Shown here piece by piece: positions 39,660 through 50,346 of a stretch of DNA of 64,000 nucleotides. How positions within the stretch are numbered: position 1 is the stretch's first letter; every line of letters starts with the position of its first letter. The notes beneath the pieces are model-generated. The model searched no databases. It was not told the origin of the DNA and worked only from the letters and a program-made list of their open reading frames with translations. The position numbers were made by a program, and so were the translations under genes. The DNA is taken from positions 18,296 to 82,295 of the forward strand of contig CANBTI010000001.1 in the NCBI GenBank assembly GCA_947372355.1, in the 5' to 3' direction. Origin of the DNA: Bdellovibrionales bacterium. Lineage in GTDB: Bacteria; Bdellovibrionota; UBA1018; CAIMNF01.

Positions 39660-40658
39660 CTATCGAGCATCTCCTAAAAGCAAAGATACAATTCGATTCA
39701 TTTCCTCTAAAGATGAAAAGTGAATTTTCACTTCTCCTGATTTTTCACCCTTCACTTCAACTTTGGTCATATATTTACGAGTTAATAATTGAGTGAGACG
39801 CATGGTATCTGGATTAATTCCAATTCCAGCACTTTTTTTGGTTTCTTGTTTTTTAGGTGCGATAGCAGCCTTTTTTTCTTGGGCTGTTTTTTCAGTTTGT
39901 CTTACGCTTAGATTTTTTTCTAAAATCTCTTTCGCTAATCCTTCACGCTCACTGGTGTCTTCGATAGATAAAAGCGCCTTAGCGTGTCCGCGAGATAGGT
40001 TGCCTTTTTTTAATTGTAATAAAATGAAATCAGAAAGTTTTAGAATACGTAATGCATTTGCAATTGTTGCACGATCTTTACCCATTCTTTTCGCGAGATC
40101 TTCTTGAGACAATTGAAATTCTTGCATCAATTGAAAATAGGCAAGTCCTTCATCTACACAATTTAAATCTTCGCGTTGAATGTTCTCAACAATTGCTAGC
40201 TCTAAAGCCTCACGATCCGTGCTTTTTCTCATCACTACAGGCACTGTTTTTAGTCCTGCAATTTTTGAAGCTCTCAATCGACGCTCGCCCGCAATCAACT
40301 CATACTGCTCACCGTTTTTTCTAACGATGAGTGGTTGAATTAATCCGTTTTCACGAATGGATTGAGCAAGCTCTTGAAGTGCAGTTTCATCAAATTCGCG
40401 ACGTGGCTGAAATTCATTTGCTTTAATTTCATCTACACCAATCACCGAAATGCCCATGTGACGATCACGGTTTAAACCCGGTTGTTCGTTAGGATCAACA
40501 TTCGGTCTGCCGAGTGGGGTGGAATTTAAAATCACTGAAGCTGAATTCATAGAATTCGGACTAGTTGCGCTTGTGGATCCAGGAAATAAAGACGCTAATC
40601 CCTTACCTAGAACTGATTTGTTTTGATTTAAATTATTATTTTGTTTTGGAGTTTCCAT
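39660..40658 (-). CDS. parB: Chromosome partitioning protein ParB (Spo0J)
   Basis: ParB box LIQPLIVRKNGEQYELIAGERRLRAS plus an HTH region. Confidence 0.9.
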   Translation of the reverse strand: METPKQNNNLNQNKSVLGKGLASLFPGSTSATSPNSMNSASVILNSTPLGRPNVDPNEQPGLNRDRHMGISVIGVDEIKANEFQPRREFDETALQELAQSIRENGLIQPLIVRKNGEQYELIAGERRLRASKIAGLKTVPVVMRKSTDREALELAIVENIQREDLNCVDEGLAYFQLMQEFQLSQEDLAKRMGKDRATIANALRILKLSDFILLQLKKGNLSRGHAKALLSIEDTSEREGLAKEILEKNLSVRQTEKTAQEKKAAIAPKKQETKKSAGIGINPDTMRLTQLLTRKYMTKVEVKGEKSGEVKIHFSSLEEMNRIVSLLLGDAR

Positions 40659-40663
40659 ACTGC

Positions 40664-41473
40664 TTAAGCCCCTAATTCAGGTGTAAATGTTGATTTTTGA
40701 ATTTCATGCGTTTTAGTCAGAACTTCGCGCGCAAGATCTAGGTAAGCCGTGCAGCCCTTTGAGTTCACATCATAAAGAATGATTGGTTTACCAAACGAAG
40801 TGCATTCGCTGAGTTTAATATTTCTAGGAATTACCGTTTTAAAAACGAGCTCACTAAAATGAGTTCTCACTTCTTTTTCTACTTCATGACTTAATTTTAA
40901 TTGAGAGTTAAACATGGTTAAAACAATGCCTTCAATTTCAAGTGTAGGATTTACACTTTGGCGAATTAATCCAATGGTAGTCATCAGTTGCCCCAAGCCT
41001 TCTAATGCAAAGTATTCTGCTTGTAGTGGAATAAGAACTGAATCCGCTGCGGTTAAAGCATTTACAGTGAGAAGCCCTAAAGTTGGGGGGCAATCAATAA
41101 AAATGTAATCGTATTTGCTTTTCACTTCTTGAAGTGCAGCTTTTAATTTTCCTTCTCTCGCAAACGCGCCTACCAATTCAACTTCGGCTCCTGCTAAGTG
41201 TGGGTTGGCTGGCAATAAATCTAAGTGATCAATTTCAGTGGCACGGATTGCATTCGCAATTGCAACCTCACCCATCAACACATGGTAAGTGGTTGCTCCT
41301 CCGTCTTCAATATTTGGACTCACTCCAACCGATGAAGACGCATTTCCTTGTGGATCAAAATCTACGAGCAAAACTTTTTTATCTGCGAGTGAAAGTGATG
41401 CGGCTAAATTTACTGTGGTGGTTGTTTTTCCCACTCCGCCCTTTTGATTTACGACTGCAATAATTTTTCCCAT
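40664..41473 (-). CDS. parA: Chromosome partitioning ATPase ParA (Soj)
   Basis: Deviant Walker A KGGVGKTTT. About 269 aa. Confidence 0.9.
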   Translation of the reverse strand: MGKIIAVVNQKGGVGKTTTTVNLAASLSLADKKVLLVDFDPQGNASSSVGVSPNIEDGGATTYHVLMGEVAIANAIRATEIDHLDLLPANPHLAGAEVELVGAFAREGKLKAALQEVKSKYDYIFIDCPPTLGLLTVNALTAADSVLIPLQAEYFALEGLGQLMTTIGLIRQSVNPTLEIEGIVLTMFNSQLKLSHEVEKEVRTHFSELVFKTVIPRNIKLSECTSFGKPIILYDVNSKGCTAYLDLAREVLTKTHEIQKSTFTPELGA

Positions 41474-41554
41474 GCTTTACCTCTGTATATATATGAGCCG
41501 GGCGTATATTCCGGAGAACCGTTTCTACATCTAATTGCTCATAATCTAAATCAC

Positions 41555-41601
41555 AAAAACAAAAAGGGGGCTGGCTTGTCATATAGACGAGCTCAAGCCC
41601 C
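41555..41601 (-). terminator. Rho-independent terminator after rsmG
   Basis: Minus-strand sense: GGGGCTTGAGCTCGTCTATATGACAAGCCAGCCCCC followed by TTTTTGTTTTTG. Confidence 0.5.
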
Positions 41602-41760
41602 GATTGATATTGTCCATCGCATTATTGTGACTCCCAGGAAAATCTTCAATAATTAAGTGTGGTTGCGGTGAGGATCAATATTGCTAACCAAATTTTTTAC
41701 TGCTTATGGGAAAATTCTACCTATTATTTTATGGATATCAATAGAAAAGATTATCCATTA

Positions 41761-42429
41761 TTACTTTTTTTTAAGATTAATCAAAATTCTGTATTTGTCG
41801 CCGGAAGAGTACTCTTGTGAATGACTAACCGTCAATTTTTTGCCGAATCTACTTAATTGAGCTTCTTTCCACTCTTCAGACCAGCCCTTACTCTTAAATA
41901 AAATGAAATTGTTCCACGTGGAACAATTAGAAATCCATCCTGCTATCTTCTCTACCGTACCTACAGCTCTAGCAATAATAGTGTCAGGCTCAATTTCGTT
42001 AATGACCAGTTCCACCCTTGAGGAAGAAACTAATACATTTTTCAATCCCAACTCTGCGGCCGCATTTACCAAAAATTCAGCCTTCTGAGTTTCAGAATCA
42101 CACAAAAACCACTCTCTACCCTCTTCTAAATCAATAGAGGCCGCCAAAAGGCCAGGAACACCACAACCAGAGCCGATATCTAGAACAGCATCACCTAAAG
42201 TTTCCATTTTAAATAGCTCTAATACATCGATCAAATGGCCATCTATAAAATCATTTACACCCAAAATTCTTGTTAAATTTTGTATCTCATTTTCTCGGTG
42301 TAAAATTTCAGCAAATTTACTTGCACGAAAAACCTGCTCCGGCGTCAGGCTGAATTGTTTTTGATCAATTCTAGTTTGGATAGCCTTTGAAAACTGTTCT
42401 TGAGACGGGGTACTTGATTCAGTAATCAT
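41761..42429 (-). CDS. rsmG: 16S rRNA m7G527 methyltransferase RsmG (GidB)
   Basis: SAM motif VLDIGSGCGVPGLLAA. Overlaps the mnmG stop. Confidence 0.85.
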   Translation of the reverse strand: MITESSTPSQEQFSKAIQTRIDQKQFSLTPEQVFRASKFAEILHRENEIQNLTRILGVNDFIDGHLIDVLELFKMETLGDAVLDIGSGCGVPGLLAASIDLEEGREWFLCDSETQKAEFLVNAAAELGLKNVLVSSSRVELVINEIEPDTIIARAVGTVEKIAGWISNCSTWNNFILFKSKGWSEEWKEAQLSRFGKKLTVSHSQEYSSGDKYRILINLKKK

Positions 42430-44342
42430 GACTTAATTTGCTCGATCCTATTTATGTGCTTATTTTTAATGAAAATCATCAAATTTGCTACTGCAGCGGG
42501 AGTTACTCCGGATATACGAGACGCTTGGCCAATATTTTCAGGGCGTGTTTCTAATAATTTACTTTTAATCTCGTTTGATAAACCAGGAACAATTTTATAA
42601 TCAAATGAAGTTGGTATTTTCATGAGTTCAGCGTTACGAACTCCTTCAAGCAACTGAAGATCCTTTTCGATATATCCATTATACTTAATTTGAATTTCAA
42701 CTTGCTCAAGAACTGAAAAATTAATTTCATCAGTTACAAACCCAAGCTTAGCAAGAATTGAAAAATTAACTTCTGGACGTCTTAACAAGGCCTCAGCGGA
42801 AATGCGGTCTTTAATTTCTGTTAGTCCTAGGCCAGTAAAAAGTACATTAGTGGCAAGAGTTGGATAAAAGTAAAAACTAGAAATTTCTGATTTCAGCTTT
42901 TCAATTTTAGAAAATTTAATATCAAAAATATTCTTTTCACGATCACCCAACATTCCAACCTGAATGGCGCGAGGTGAAAGTCTTAGATCTGCATTATCTT
43001 CACGAAGAAGAAGTCTATATTCTGCGCGCGACGTAAACATGCGATAAGGTTCATCTGAACCCTTCAAAATAAGATCATCAATCATGACCCCAATGTATCC
43101 CTCATGACGCGATAAGATAAATTCTGGTAAACCCAAAGTATAATGAGCTGCATTAATTCCTGCAATAATCCCCTGACCCGCCGCTTCCTCATAACCAGAA
43201 GTTCCATTCACTTGGCCTGCGAAGAAAAGACCAGGAACGTCCTTGCATTCTAGAGTTCCCTTTAGCTGCCTTGCGTCAACAGAGTCATACTCTACTGCAT
43301 ATGCATATCTAATAAATACGGCTTTTTCTAAACCAGGAATTGAATGAACAAACTCTTCCTGCACTTCAATCGGGAGAGAAGTAGAAATTCCATTTACATA
43401 AATTTCATCCACATCTAAACCCTCAGGCTCTAAAAAAAGCTGATGGCGATCTTTATCTTTAAAACGTGAAATTTTATCTTCTATAGAAGGACAATAACGT
43501 GGACCAATGCCAGTAATTGCTCCGCTATACATTGCCGACAAACCAATATTTTTTTCAATAATGTCGTGTGTAGTTTGATTGGTATAAGTTAAATAACAAT
43601 TTACTTGAGGAAGCGCAGGGTAAACATCTGCTCCATGGTAAAAAGAAAAAGGAAGTAAAACTTCATCACCTGGTTGTGGAGTGGTAACGGTCCAATCGAT
43701 TGAATCTTTATGCAGTCTTGGTGGTGTGCCTGTTTTAAGACGACGAAGACTTAACCCTAAGATTTTTAAATCTTCACTCAGAGTTTTAGAAGATTTATCT
43801 CCTAGTCGTCCGCCCTCTTCTTGCTCTTTCCCCCTGTGCATGATCGCACGTAAAAAAGTTCCTGAAGTGATGACCACTGATTTTGCGCGAATTTCACCTG
43901 TATATTCTGTGCTAGAAATTTTAACGCCTAAAACTTGTTTTATACCCAAATCATTATTTTCAATGATGAGACCACTCACTTCTCCCTCAATAATCTCCAA
44001 ACCAGGAAGAGACTTCAAAAGAGATTGCATATTTTCAGCGTAAAGTTTTTTATCGCACTGGGCGCGCGAAGAGCGAACGGCCGGACCTTTGCTAGAATTC
44101 AATCTTCTAAATTGGATGGTTGATAGATCGGTGATTCTTCCCATCACGCCACCAAGTGCATCAACTTCTTTTACCATTTGGCCTTTAGCTAATCCGCCGA
44201 TGGCTGGGTTACAAGACATTGCACCAATCTTGTTTTGATCAAGTGTGATCATAGCAGTGCGCGCACCTAATGTAGCGGCAGCATTTGCAGCTTCACATCC
44301 AGCGTGACCGCCTCCAATAACAATAACATCGTAATATTTCAT
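42426..44342 (-). CDS. mnmG: tRNA uridine-5-carboxymethylaminomethyl modification enzyme MnmG (GidA)
   Basis: FAD motif YDVIVIGGGHAGCEAA. 638 aa. Confidence 0.95.
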   Translation of the reverse strand: MKYYDVIVIGGGHAGCEAANAAATLGARTAMITLDQNKIGAMSCNPAIGGLAKGQMVKEVDALGGVMGRITDLSTIQFRRLNSSKGPAVRSSRAQCDKKLYAENMQSLLKSLPGLEIIEGEVSGLIIENNDLGIKQVLGVKISSTEYTGEIRAKSVVITSGTFLRAIMHRGKEQEEGGRLGDKSSKTLSEDLKILGLSLRRLKTGTPPRLHKDSIDWTVTTPQPGDEVLLPFSFYHGADVYPALPQVNCYLTYTNQTTHDIIEKNIGLSAMYSGAITGIGPRYCPSIEDKISRFKDKDRHQLFLEPEGLDVDEIYVNGISTSLPIEVQEEFVHSIPGLEKAVFIRYAYAVEYDSVDARQLKGTLECKDVPGLFFAGQVNGTSGYEEAAGQGIIAGINAAHYTLGLPEFILSRHEGYIGVMIDDLILKGSDEPYRMFTSRAEYRLLLREDNADLRLSPRAIQVGMLGDREKNIFDIKFSKIEKLKSEISSFYFYPTLATNVLFTGLGLTEIKDRISAEALLRRPEVNFSILAKLGFVTDEINFSVLEQVEIQIKYNGYIEKDLQLLEGVRNAELMKIPTSFDYKIVPGLSNEIKSKLLETRPENIGQASRISGVTPAAVANLMIFIKNKHINRIEQIKS

Positions 44343-44359
44343 AAAACTGAAGCGATTAA

Positions 44360-44770
44360 CTACCGCTGAGGTGCATTTTTGTCGATGTAATTGATTATTT
44401 CTTCGAGAGTAGTTCCGGGAGTAAAAATCATATGAGCTCCGGCTTCTTTCAGAGAATCAAAATCTTCTTCGGGAATAATTCCACCCACTAAAAAGAGAGT
44501 GTCATTCATACCTGCGGATCTTACCCCATTGATCACTTCTGGGACGAGGGCATTATGGGCACCAGAAAGTACACTGATTCCAACTACATGGGCGTCTTCT
44601 TGAATGGCAGCCTGAACGATCATTTCGGGCGTTTGGTGTAATCCAGTATAAATCACTTCAAATCCGGCATCTCTCAAAGCTCTGGCAATCACTTTGGCGC
44701 CTCGATCATGCCCATCTAGGCCTGGTTTAGCGATTAAAACTCTGATTTGGTTGCGTTTATTCATTTCCAT
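44360..44770 (-). CDS. Acyl-CoA mutase B12-binding small subunit (IcmB/MutA-like)
   Basis: 136 aa. Contains the DxHxxG cobalamin-binding motif ([10 protein letters not shown]), SVLSGAH and GGIIP. Confidence 0.75.
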   Translation of the reverse strand: MEMNKRNQIRVLIAKPGLDGHDRGAKVIARALRDAGFEVIYTGLHQTPEMIVQAAIQEDAHVVGISVLSGAHNALVPEVINGVRSAGMNDTLFLVGGIIPEEDFDSLKEAGAHMIFTPGTTLEEIINYIDKNAPQR

Positions 44771-44806
44771 AACCTACCGAAATCTTTAGGAAAAATCAAT
44801 TTTAAC

Positions 44807-44851
44807 AAAAAAATAGGTTAAGTATATGTAATTATTACACAAACTTAACCT
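44807..44851 (-). terminator. Rho-independent-terminator-like hairpin between the mutase large- and small-subunit genes
   Basis: Minus-strand sense: AGGTTAAGT-loop-ACTTAACCT followed by TATTTTTTT. Confidence 0.45.
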
Positions 44852-45121
44852 ATATTAGTCTCCCCTGAATTTCTGGAGGAGAGCCTGAGCCAATGGCAGC
44901 AATAATAGGAAAAGTAATAACTCACCCATTGTTCCCCACTTTCTCTGTGGCAAAACTAAACCATCAACACATTATTATAATTCTTAATCAGCAATGCTTA
45001 TGCCAAAGAGTAAAAAAATATTTCGGAAACATTACAATTGTTTTATGAGGTGCGTAACGAGTTATCCAATTAAGAGACGTTTAAATAACTATTATGCACC
45101 AGTGCGATTTGAACTAATGAC

Positions 45122-46777
45122 TTAGAATTTACCGTCTTCTCGATATTCTCCATACACACCACGAAGAGTGTCGCAAACTTCTTGGAGGGTAGAATAAACT
45201 TTAACCGCTTCTAAAATTGAAGGCATCAAATTCACACCTTTTTCAGCTGCTTCTTTCACATCGGAAAGACACTTTTTAACAGCAACGTTATCGCGACGAG
45301 CTTTAAGCTCTTTTAGTTTTTGAATCTGCTTTTCTCCAACAGTGCGATCAATGTACAATGTTCCCATTGTTCTTTTCGCTTCTTGTTGTTGAAATTTATT
45401 CACTCCAACCATTACCTTTTCTTTACTCTCTAATTGCCTTTGAAAACGATAAGCACTATTTGCGATTTCAGATTGAGGATAACCATTTTCAACTGCTTTA
45501 ACCATTCCACCCATTTCATCGATTTTATCAATATAGGCGAGAGCATCTTTTTCAACTTTATTGGTGAGATATTCAACCAGATAAGAACCACCTAGTGGAT
45601 CTGCAAAATTAGCTACCCCACTTTCTTCAGCAATGATTTGTTGTGTACGAAGCGCAATCACCACGGCTTCATCGGTAGGTAGGGCTAAGGTTTCATCCAT
45701 TGAATTTGTATGAAGTGAATTTACACCTCCCAAAACACCTGCCATTGCTTGAACAGCAACACGAACAATATTGTTCATTGGTTGTTGAGCCGTTAAAGAA
45801 ACTCCTGCTGTTTGAGCGTGAGTGCGAAGCATCCATGATTTTGGATTTTTAGCTCCGTATTTATCTTTCATTTTTCTAGCCCAAATTCTGCGAGCTGCAC
45901 GAAATTTAGCAATCTCTTCAAAAAAATCATTATGAACATCAAAAAAGAAACTTAATCTTGGAGCGAATTCATCAATATCCATTCCACGCTTTACTGACTC
46001 TTCAACATAAGCCAATCCATCTGCCAACGTGAAGGCTAGTTCTTGGACAGCTGTCGCTCCGGCTTCACGAATATGGTAACCAGAAATTGAAACTGTATTC
46101 CAATTTGAATAATGTTTTGTTCCATATTCAATTGTATCAATCACACATTTAACTGCTGGAGCAATTGGGAAAAGCCACTCTTTTTGAGCAATGTATTCTT
46201 TTAAAATATCATTTTGAAGAGTTCCGCGAACCTTTTCTTTTGGAACACCTTGTTTTTCAGCCATTGCATAGTACATGGCAAGAATTACAATTGCTGGTCC
46301 GTTGATGGTCATCGATGTAGTCACATCACCAAGCGGAATACCCGCAAATAACCTTTCCATATCTTCTAAAGAAGAAACAGAAACACCACATTTGCCTACT
46401 TCTCCCAGTGATTTTGAGGAATCACAATCGTATCCCATTAATGTTGGCATATCAAAAGCAGTGGATAAGCCTGTTTGACCTTGTTCTAATAGCAATTTAA
46501 AGCGTTTATTGGTTTCATCTGGAGATGCAAAACCTGCAAATTGGCGCATCGTCCAGAGTTTTCCACGATACATATTATGCTGAACACCGCGAGTAAAAGG
46601 AAACTCGCCTGGCAAACCAAGATCCTGATCAACATTGAAATTAATTTTTTCTAAATCTTCCGGAGTGCAAAGAAGTGGAACTTCCATGTCGCTCAAGGTG
46701 GTAAACCGCTCAGGGCGTGGCGGAGATTTTTTTTCAATTTCAGCTTTTTTCTTTTCCCACTCTGCACGCTTACTCAT
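45122..46777 (-). CDS. Acyl-CoA mutase catalytic (large) subunit; isobutyryl-CoA-mutase-like signature
   Basis: Methylmalonyl-CoA-mutase-family TIM barrel ([25 protein letters not shown]...). The positions that align to MCM Tyr89/Arg207 appear to be Phe (RQFAGF) and Gln (YIAQKEW). No C-terminal B12 domain (it is split). Confidence 0.7.
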   Translation of the reverse strand: MSKRAEWEKKKAEIEKKSPPRPERFTTLSDMEVPLLCTPEDLEKINFNVDQDLGLPGEFPFTRGVQHNMYRGKLWTMRQFAGFASPDETNKRFKLLLEQGQTGLSTAFDMPTLMGYDCDSSKSLGEVGKCGVSVSSLEDMERLFAGIPLGDVTTSMTINGPAIVILAMYYAMAEKQGVPKEKVRGTLQNDILKEYIAQKEWLFPIAPAVKCVIDTIEYGTKHYSNWNTVSISGYHIREAGATAVQELAFTLADGLAYVEESVKRGMDIDEFAPRLSFFFDVHNDFFEEIAKFRAARRIWARKMKDKYGAKNPKSWMLRTHAQTAGVSLTAQQPMNNIVRVAVQAMAGVLGGVNSLHTNSMDETLALPTDEAVVIALRTQQIIAEESGVANFADPLGGSYLVEYLTNKVEKDALAYIDKIDEMGGMVKAVENGYPQSEIANSAYRFQRQLESKEKVMVGVNKFQQQEAKRTMGTLYIDRTVGEKQIQKLKELKARRDNVAVKKCLSDVKEAAEKGVNLMPSILEAVKVYSTLQEVCDTLRGVYGEYREDGKF

Positions 46778-46802
46778 AGTTCATCCTTAAAAAATTAGTT
46801 TA

Positions 46803-47990
46803 TTACTTTTTTGCAAGTTCATTTGCTGCGATCACAAGTTTTTGAATTTCACTTGTTCCTTCGTAAATTTCAGTAATTTTTGCATCACGAAAATTTCTCT
46901 CCACAACATATTCCTTTGTATAGCCGTAACCACCATGAACCTGAATGGCTTTTGTTGCTATCCACATTGCAGCTTCGGAAGCTGCAAGTTTTGCCATGGC
47001 CGCTTCACGCGCAAAGGGAAGACCTAAATCTTTTCTTTGAGCTGCAAACCAAGTCAACAAGCGAGCTCCTTGTAATCGGGTTGCCATTTCAGCAATATAA
47101 AATTGAATTGCTTGTAATTTTGCAATAGGAGCTCCGAACTGTTCGCGTTCTGATGCGAATTTTTTGGAAGCCTCAAGAGCACATGTTGCAATACCAAGAG
47201 CCTGAGATGCAATTCCAATTCTTCCGCCATCCAGTGTGCTCATAGCAATTTTAAAGCCTTCACCTTCTTTTCCTAATAAACACTCATCAGGAACAATCAT
47301 GTCATCAAAAAACAATGATGCGGTTGAGGACGCGGTAATTCCAAGTTTATCCTCTAGCTTATTAACACTGAAACCTTTTGTTTTTGTATCAACAACAAAT
47401 GCACAAATCCCTTTATGTTTTAATTCAGGATTAATAGTTGCAAGTAAAATGCAGTAATCTGCTTCGCGTCCATTGGTGATCCAGTTTTTTGAACCATTAA
47501 TTTTATATCCACCTGGAACTTTTTCAGCGCGACACTTGAGGCCGGCGGGATCAGATCCATGACCTGGTTCAGATAAAGCAAAGCAACCTAGCTTGCTACC
47601 GCTTGCGAGCGGCTTTAAAAATTTTTCTTTTTGAAGATCATTACCAAACGCCTGAATTGGATAGCAAACTAACGAGTTGTTTACCGACATGATCACGCCA
47701 GTAGAGGCACAAGCAGCAGAAATAGATTCCATCGCCATTGCGTAGGTAACTGTATCTAGCCCAGCACCGCCCCACTTCTCTTCAACCATGATTCCCATCA
47801 AACCCATTTCAGCCATTTGCTTTACATTTTCAGTGGGAAACTCGCCCGATTGATCATGATGAGAGGCAACTGGTGCCACTGTTTTTTGAGCAAACTGATT
47901 AATTTGATCCATCATCATTATTTGTGATTCATCGAGATTTGGCCAAGTTTTTGAGTAGTCCATAATTTTTCCTTTCATCAATTTGATCAC
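46803..47990 (-). CDS. Acyl-CoA dehydrogenase (short/branched-chain type)
   Basis: ACAD motifs (GCFALSEPGHGSDPAG; YEGTSEIQKLVIA). The true start may be the MDYSKTW Met at 47963. Confidence 0.85.
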   Translation of the reverse strand: MIKLMKGKIMDYSKTWPNLDESQIMMMDQINQFAQKTVAPVASHHDQSGEFPTENVKQMAEMGLMGIMVEEKWGGAGLDTVTYAMAMESISAACASTGVIMSVNNSLVCYPIQAFGNDLQKEKFLKPLASGSKLGCFALSEPGHGSDPAGLKCRAEKVPGGYKINGSKNWITNGREADYCILLATINPELKHKGICAFVVDTKTKGFSVNKLEDKLGITASSTASLFFDDMIVPDECLLGKEGEGFKIAMSTLDGGRIGIASQALGIATCALEASKKFASEREQFGAPIAKLQAIQFYIAEMATRLQGARLLTWFAAQRKDLGLPFAREAAMAKLAASEAAMWIATKAIQVHGGYGYTKEYVVERNFRDAKITEIYEGTSEIQKLVIAANELAKK

Positions 47991-48088
47991 GATTTACAAA
48001 AAAAGTTAATTCAAAAAGACACTTAGCTGAGCTTGACAAAATTACAACGGAGTAAAAAACTAGAGACTATAAATTTTAAGGCAAAACT

Positions 48089-49477
48089 ATGAAAAAAATT
48101 GATCTAAAACTATTCAGTGTTCTGATGCTCCTTGCTTTTGTAATTTACTTTGCTCAAACCAGAGATTTCGGATTGATGTTTGACGGTCTTACTTATTCAA
48201 CTCTTGCTAAAAATATTTTAAGAACTGGGGATTGGAAAGTTCTTCATTATGACCTTAGGCAATATCCTGATGCATATTACCACCCACCCCTAGCAATGTG
48301 GATTCAGGCATTGATCTATAAGTACTTCGGGAGCGCTGAACCGATCTCTCGCATTTTTCCTGCAACATGTGCACTCCTCACTACAGGTATTTTGTTTTTA
48401 TTTACTCGCGCTCGTTTTGGAATAACAGCGGCGTTTTGGGCAACGATCGCACTCATCACTTCAACTCGATTCATTAAATGGGGAACTAATTTCTATCTTG
48501 ATGGAATTGCAGGATTCTTTAATTTTACAGGCTTTATTATTTGGATGTGGATGATCACTAAAACATCAAAAAACAATAAAACAGATCCATTGATTGCTGG
48601 ATTTGCAGGTGTATTTTTAGGATTAGGATTCATGACGAAAGGTGTTGTGGCATTTCCTATTTTAGTGGCGGTATTGGTTTCAACTCTACTTTTTTTAAGC
48701 TTAAGAAACCTAATATTAATGTGTGTTTTTACTATAGGTGCCCTATTACCCATACTTGCCTGGATTCAACTCGGTGATGGATTGCATTACTTAGAAATGT
48801 ATTTTAAAACATCTGCTTTTGGTCGCTCAAGTGAGTTGAATTTTCGACCATGGCAAAACATTCGAAACATTTGGATCCCATGGTGGCCTATTTTTGCCAT
48901 TAGTATATTCACAGCTTTTAGAAAATTTATAAAAAGAGAAATGATCATCCCTTCGCTTTGTGCTGCTGCATTAGCAATGCCTTCGGCACTCACCTTTAGT
49001 GCTAATTATTTCGAACATTACATTACACCATTTTTTCCTTTTGCGTCTCTTCTGGTTGGAATTCAAATTTCAAATTGGATAAGAAAAGATTACGTAGAGA
49101 AATACTTAAAGTTTACCTTTGGTGCTGCCGTTGTTCTTGCTGTATTACTCGCTACCATTGCGCCGAATGTAAACAAACAAAAAGACATCCCTTCGATGTT
49201 ATGGATTCGTGAAATAAACACTCTTCCAAAAGAGAAGTTAATCACAATTAGAAAAATCGTCTTCACCGAAAAAAGTGCTGAAATATGGCTAAATTTAGCA
49301 ACAATTCTTGCTAAAACTAATTGGCAAGCAATTGGATTGTTTGGGGTGAATGAAAAGGCTGAGGCAAACACTATTCTAGTTACAAAAGCTGGTGAAATTC
49401 CTGATTCTTCTTGGAAAAAAATTCCTTACCTTTATGTAGAAGGAAATGATTTTTATTCTTCTGAAAATAATTTTTAG
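48089..49477 (+). CDS. Polytopic membrane glycosyltransferase, GT39/GT83 (ArnT/PMT_2)-like
   Basis: Multiple TM helices. N-terminal pattern FAQTRDFGLMFDGLTYSTLAKNILRTGDW...YYHPPLAMWIQAL is typical of ArnT/PMT-family enzymes. Confidence 0.5.
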   Translation: MKKIDLKLFSVLMLLAFVIYFAQTRDFGLMFDGLTYSTLAKNILRTGDWKVLHYDLRQYPDAYYHPPLAMWIQALIYKYFGSAEPISRIFPATCALLTTGILFLFTRARFGITAAFWATIALITSTRFIKWGTNFYLDGIAGFFNFTGFIIWMWMITKTSKNNKTDPLIAGFAGVFLGLGFMTKGVVAFPILVAVLVSTLLFLSLRNLILMCVFTIGALLPILAWIQLGDGLHYLEMYFKTSAFGRSSELNFRPWQNIRNIWIPWWPIFAISIFTAFRKFIKREMIIPSLCAAALAMPSALTFSANYFEHYITPFFPFASLLVGIQISNWIRKDYVEKYLKFTFGAAVVLAVLLATIAPNVNKQKDIPSMLWIREINTLPKEKLITIRKIVFTEKSAEIWLNLATILAKTNWQAIGLFGVNEKAEANTILVTKAGEIPDSSWKKIPYLYVEGNDFYSSENNF

Positions 49478-50325
49478 GAATACGTGTAAAAACCACGTCC
49501 AGATTTTTTACCCATCCATCCGGCTGCAACATATTGTTTCAACAAAGGGCAAGGACGATACTTAGAGTCGCCTAGTCCTTGATGAAGAATTTCCATAATC
49601 GCTAAACATGTATCAAGGCCAATAAAATCGGCTAAGGTGAGTGGTCCCATGGGTTGATTTGTTCCAAGCTTCATCGCAATATCAATATCTTCAACTGATG
49701 CAATTCCCTCATAAAGGGTGTAAACAGCTTCATTAATCATGGGCATTAAAATTCGGTTCACGGCAAATCCTGGAATATCGCGGGCTTCAATAAAAGTTTT
49801 TCCCATTTTTTCAGCCGTCGCACGAATCGTGGCAAAAGTTTCCTTTGAGGTTTGAATCGCACTAATTCCCTCAACCAACTTCATCACAGGAACTGGATTC
49901 ATAAAATGCATTCCAGCAAACTGGGTTGGGCGCTTAGTTGCTGCAGCAAGTTCTGTAATACTAATTGAAGAAGTATTTGAGGCAAAAAGAGCAGAAGCTT
50001 TTGTAGTTAAATCCAGCTCTTTCCATATTTTTTTCTTCAGTTCAATATTTTCTGAAACTGCCTCGATGATTAAATCACAATCTTTTAAATCGGAGAGCGC
50101 ATTCACACCCTTCAACCGAGATGTCGTGTTAGAAACCTCTTCTGCTGTGAGTTTTTGTTTTTGAACGGCTTTATCCAGTTGGGCTTTTATCTTCTCTATA
50201 CCCACATTTGCACTTGATAGATTTTGATCTGCTATTAGTACTTCAAAACCATTTTGGGCAGCAACTTGTGCAATTCCTTGTCCCATTTGACCAGCGCCCA
50301 CTACACCTATTAATTTTATATTCAT
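49474..50325 (-). CDS. hbd: 3-hydroxybutyryl-CoA/3-hydroxyacyl-CoA dehydrogenase
   Basis: NAD Rossmann motif IGVVGAGQMGQGIAQV. About 283 aa. Confidence 0.85.
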   Translation of the reverse strand: MNIKLIGVVGAGQMGQGIAQVAAQNGFEVLIADQNLSSANVGIEKIKAQLDKAVQKQKLTAEEVSNTTSRLKGVNALSDLKDCDLIIEAVSENIELKKKIWKELDLTTKASALFASNTSSISITELAAATKRPTQFAGMHFMNPVPVMKLVEGISAIQTSKETFATIRATAEKMGKTFIEARDIPGFAVNRILMPMINEAVYTLYEGIASVEDIDIAMKLGTNQPMGPLTLADFIGLDTCLAIMEILHQGLGDSKYRPCPLLKQYVAAGWMGKKSGRGFYTYS

Positions 50326-50346
50326 CGTTATCCCCTAATGTAATTC

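Noticed and set aside
44853-45121. Possible tRNA or other structured RNA in the 270-bp ORF-free spacer between the mutase subunit genes
   Set aside because: No T-loop (GTTCRANYC) or D-loop signatures. It may still be a small RNA, but there is no positive evidence in the sequence.
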